This document shows positions 63,930-64,000 of a DNA stretch of 64,000 nucleotides, in pieces. Every line of letters begins with the position of its first letter. The first letter of the stretch is position 1. This stretch comes from an uncultured Nitrososphaerota archaeon (GTDB taxonomy: Archaea > Thermoproteota > Nitrososphaeria > Nitrososphaerales > Nitrosopumilaceae). The notes under the pieces are model-generated. The model was not told the origin of the DNA. It saw only the letters and a program-made list of their open reading frames with translations, and did not search any database. The stretch lies in the NCBI GenBank assembly GCA_963824385.1, contig CAWGPD010000001.1, positions 64,001-128,000 on the forward strand, written 5' to 3'. Made by a program: the position numbers and the translations under genes.

Positions 63930-64000
63930 TGAATTGGGTAAATGATGTTACAAGATTAAGGCATGACATATTCATCACTTTCATAGAATGCAAAATATCT

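Larger units (their letters stand above)
60681..64000. mobile_element. Second IS6-like cargo transposon, element 2 (right end beyond the window)
   Basis: Begins GGTTCTGTT like the element-1 TIR and then diverges; has its own homologous transposase, regulator and cargo. Confidence 0.75.

Noticed and set aside
1..64000. tRNA, rRNA, CRISPR array or cas genes; the many short antisense ORFs in the track
   Set aside because: No cloverleaf, rRNA-like stretch or repeat-spacer array was found by eye; the antisense ORFs are shadows of well-supported genes.

Overview
AT-rich chromosomal window from an ammonia-oxidising archaeon (Nitrososphaerota/Thaumarchaeota, most similar in gene content and style to Nitrosotalea/Nitrosopumilaceae; this is an inference from protein families). 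Bases 1-56.8 kb are mostly core genes: gatCAB with one aspS, rlmN, purP, aRF1, ilvD, trpEGDCBA, pyrG, rps26e, deoxyhypusine synthase, pdaD, ppa, lsrF, a six-gene hyf/Ehr membrane complex whose large subunit lacks the NiFe cysteines, ilvBN-leuA-leuB, a second aspS and a NusA-like gene. From 56.86 kb to the window end lie two different IS6-like cargo transposons stacked head to tail at one site. Element 1 (56861-60672) has perfect 50-bp terminal inverted repeats and an 8-bp target duplication, CGAAATTA. Element 2 starts immediately after that duplication with the same GGTTCTGTT terminus. Each element has a SWIM/Zn-finger DDE transposase, a divergent small regulator and a palindromic operator. 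Element 1 also carries a COMMD-like / AbrB-like / PIN module. Other highlights: a candidate Ile/Leu/Val-rich leader peptide with alternative hairpins ahead of ilvB, a GC-rich two-hairpin ncRNA candidate, and several unannotated Cys/His microproteins. Many genes appear broken, but most lesions fall in AGCT or GATC, which points to methylation-linked base-calling errors rather than real pseudogenes.
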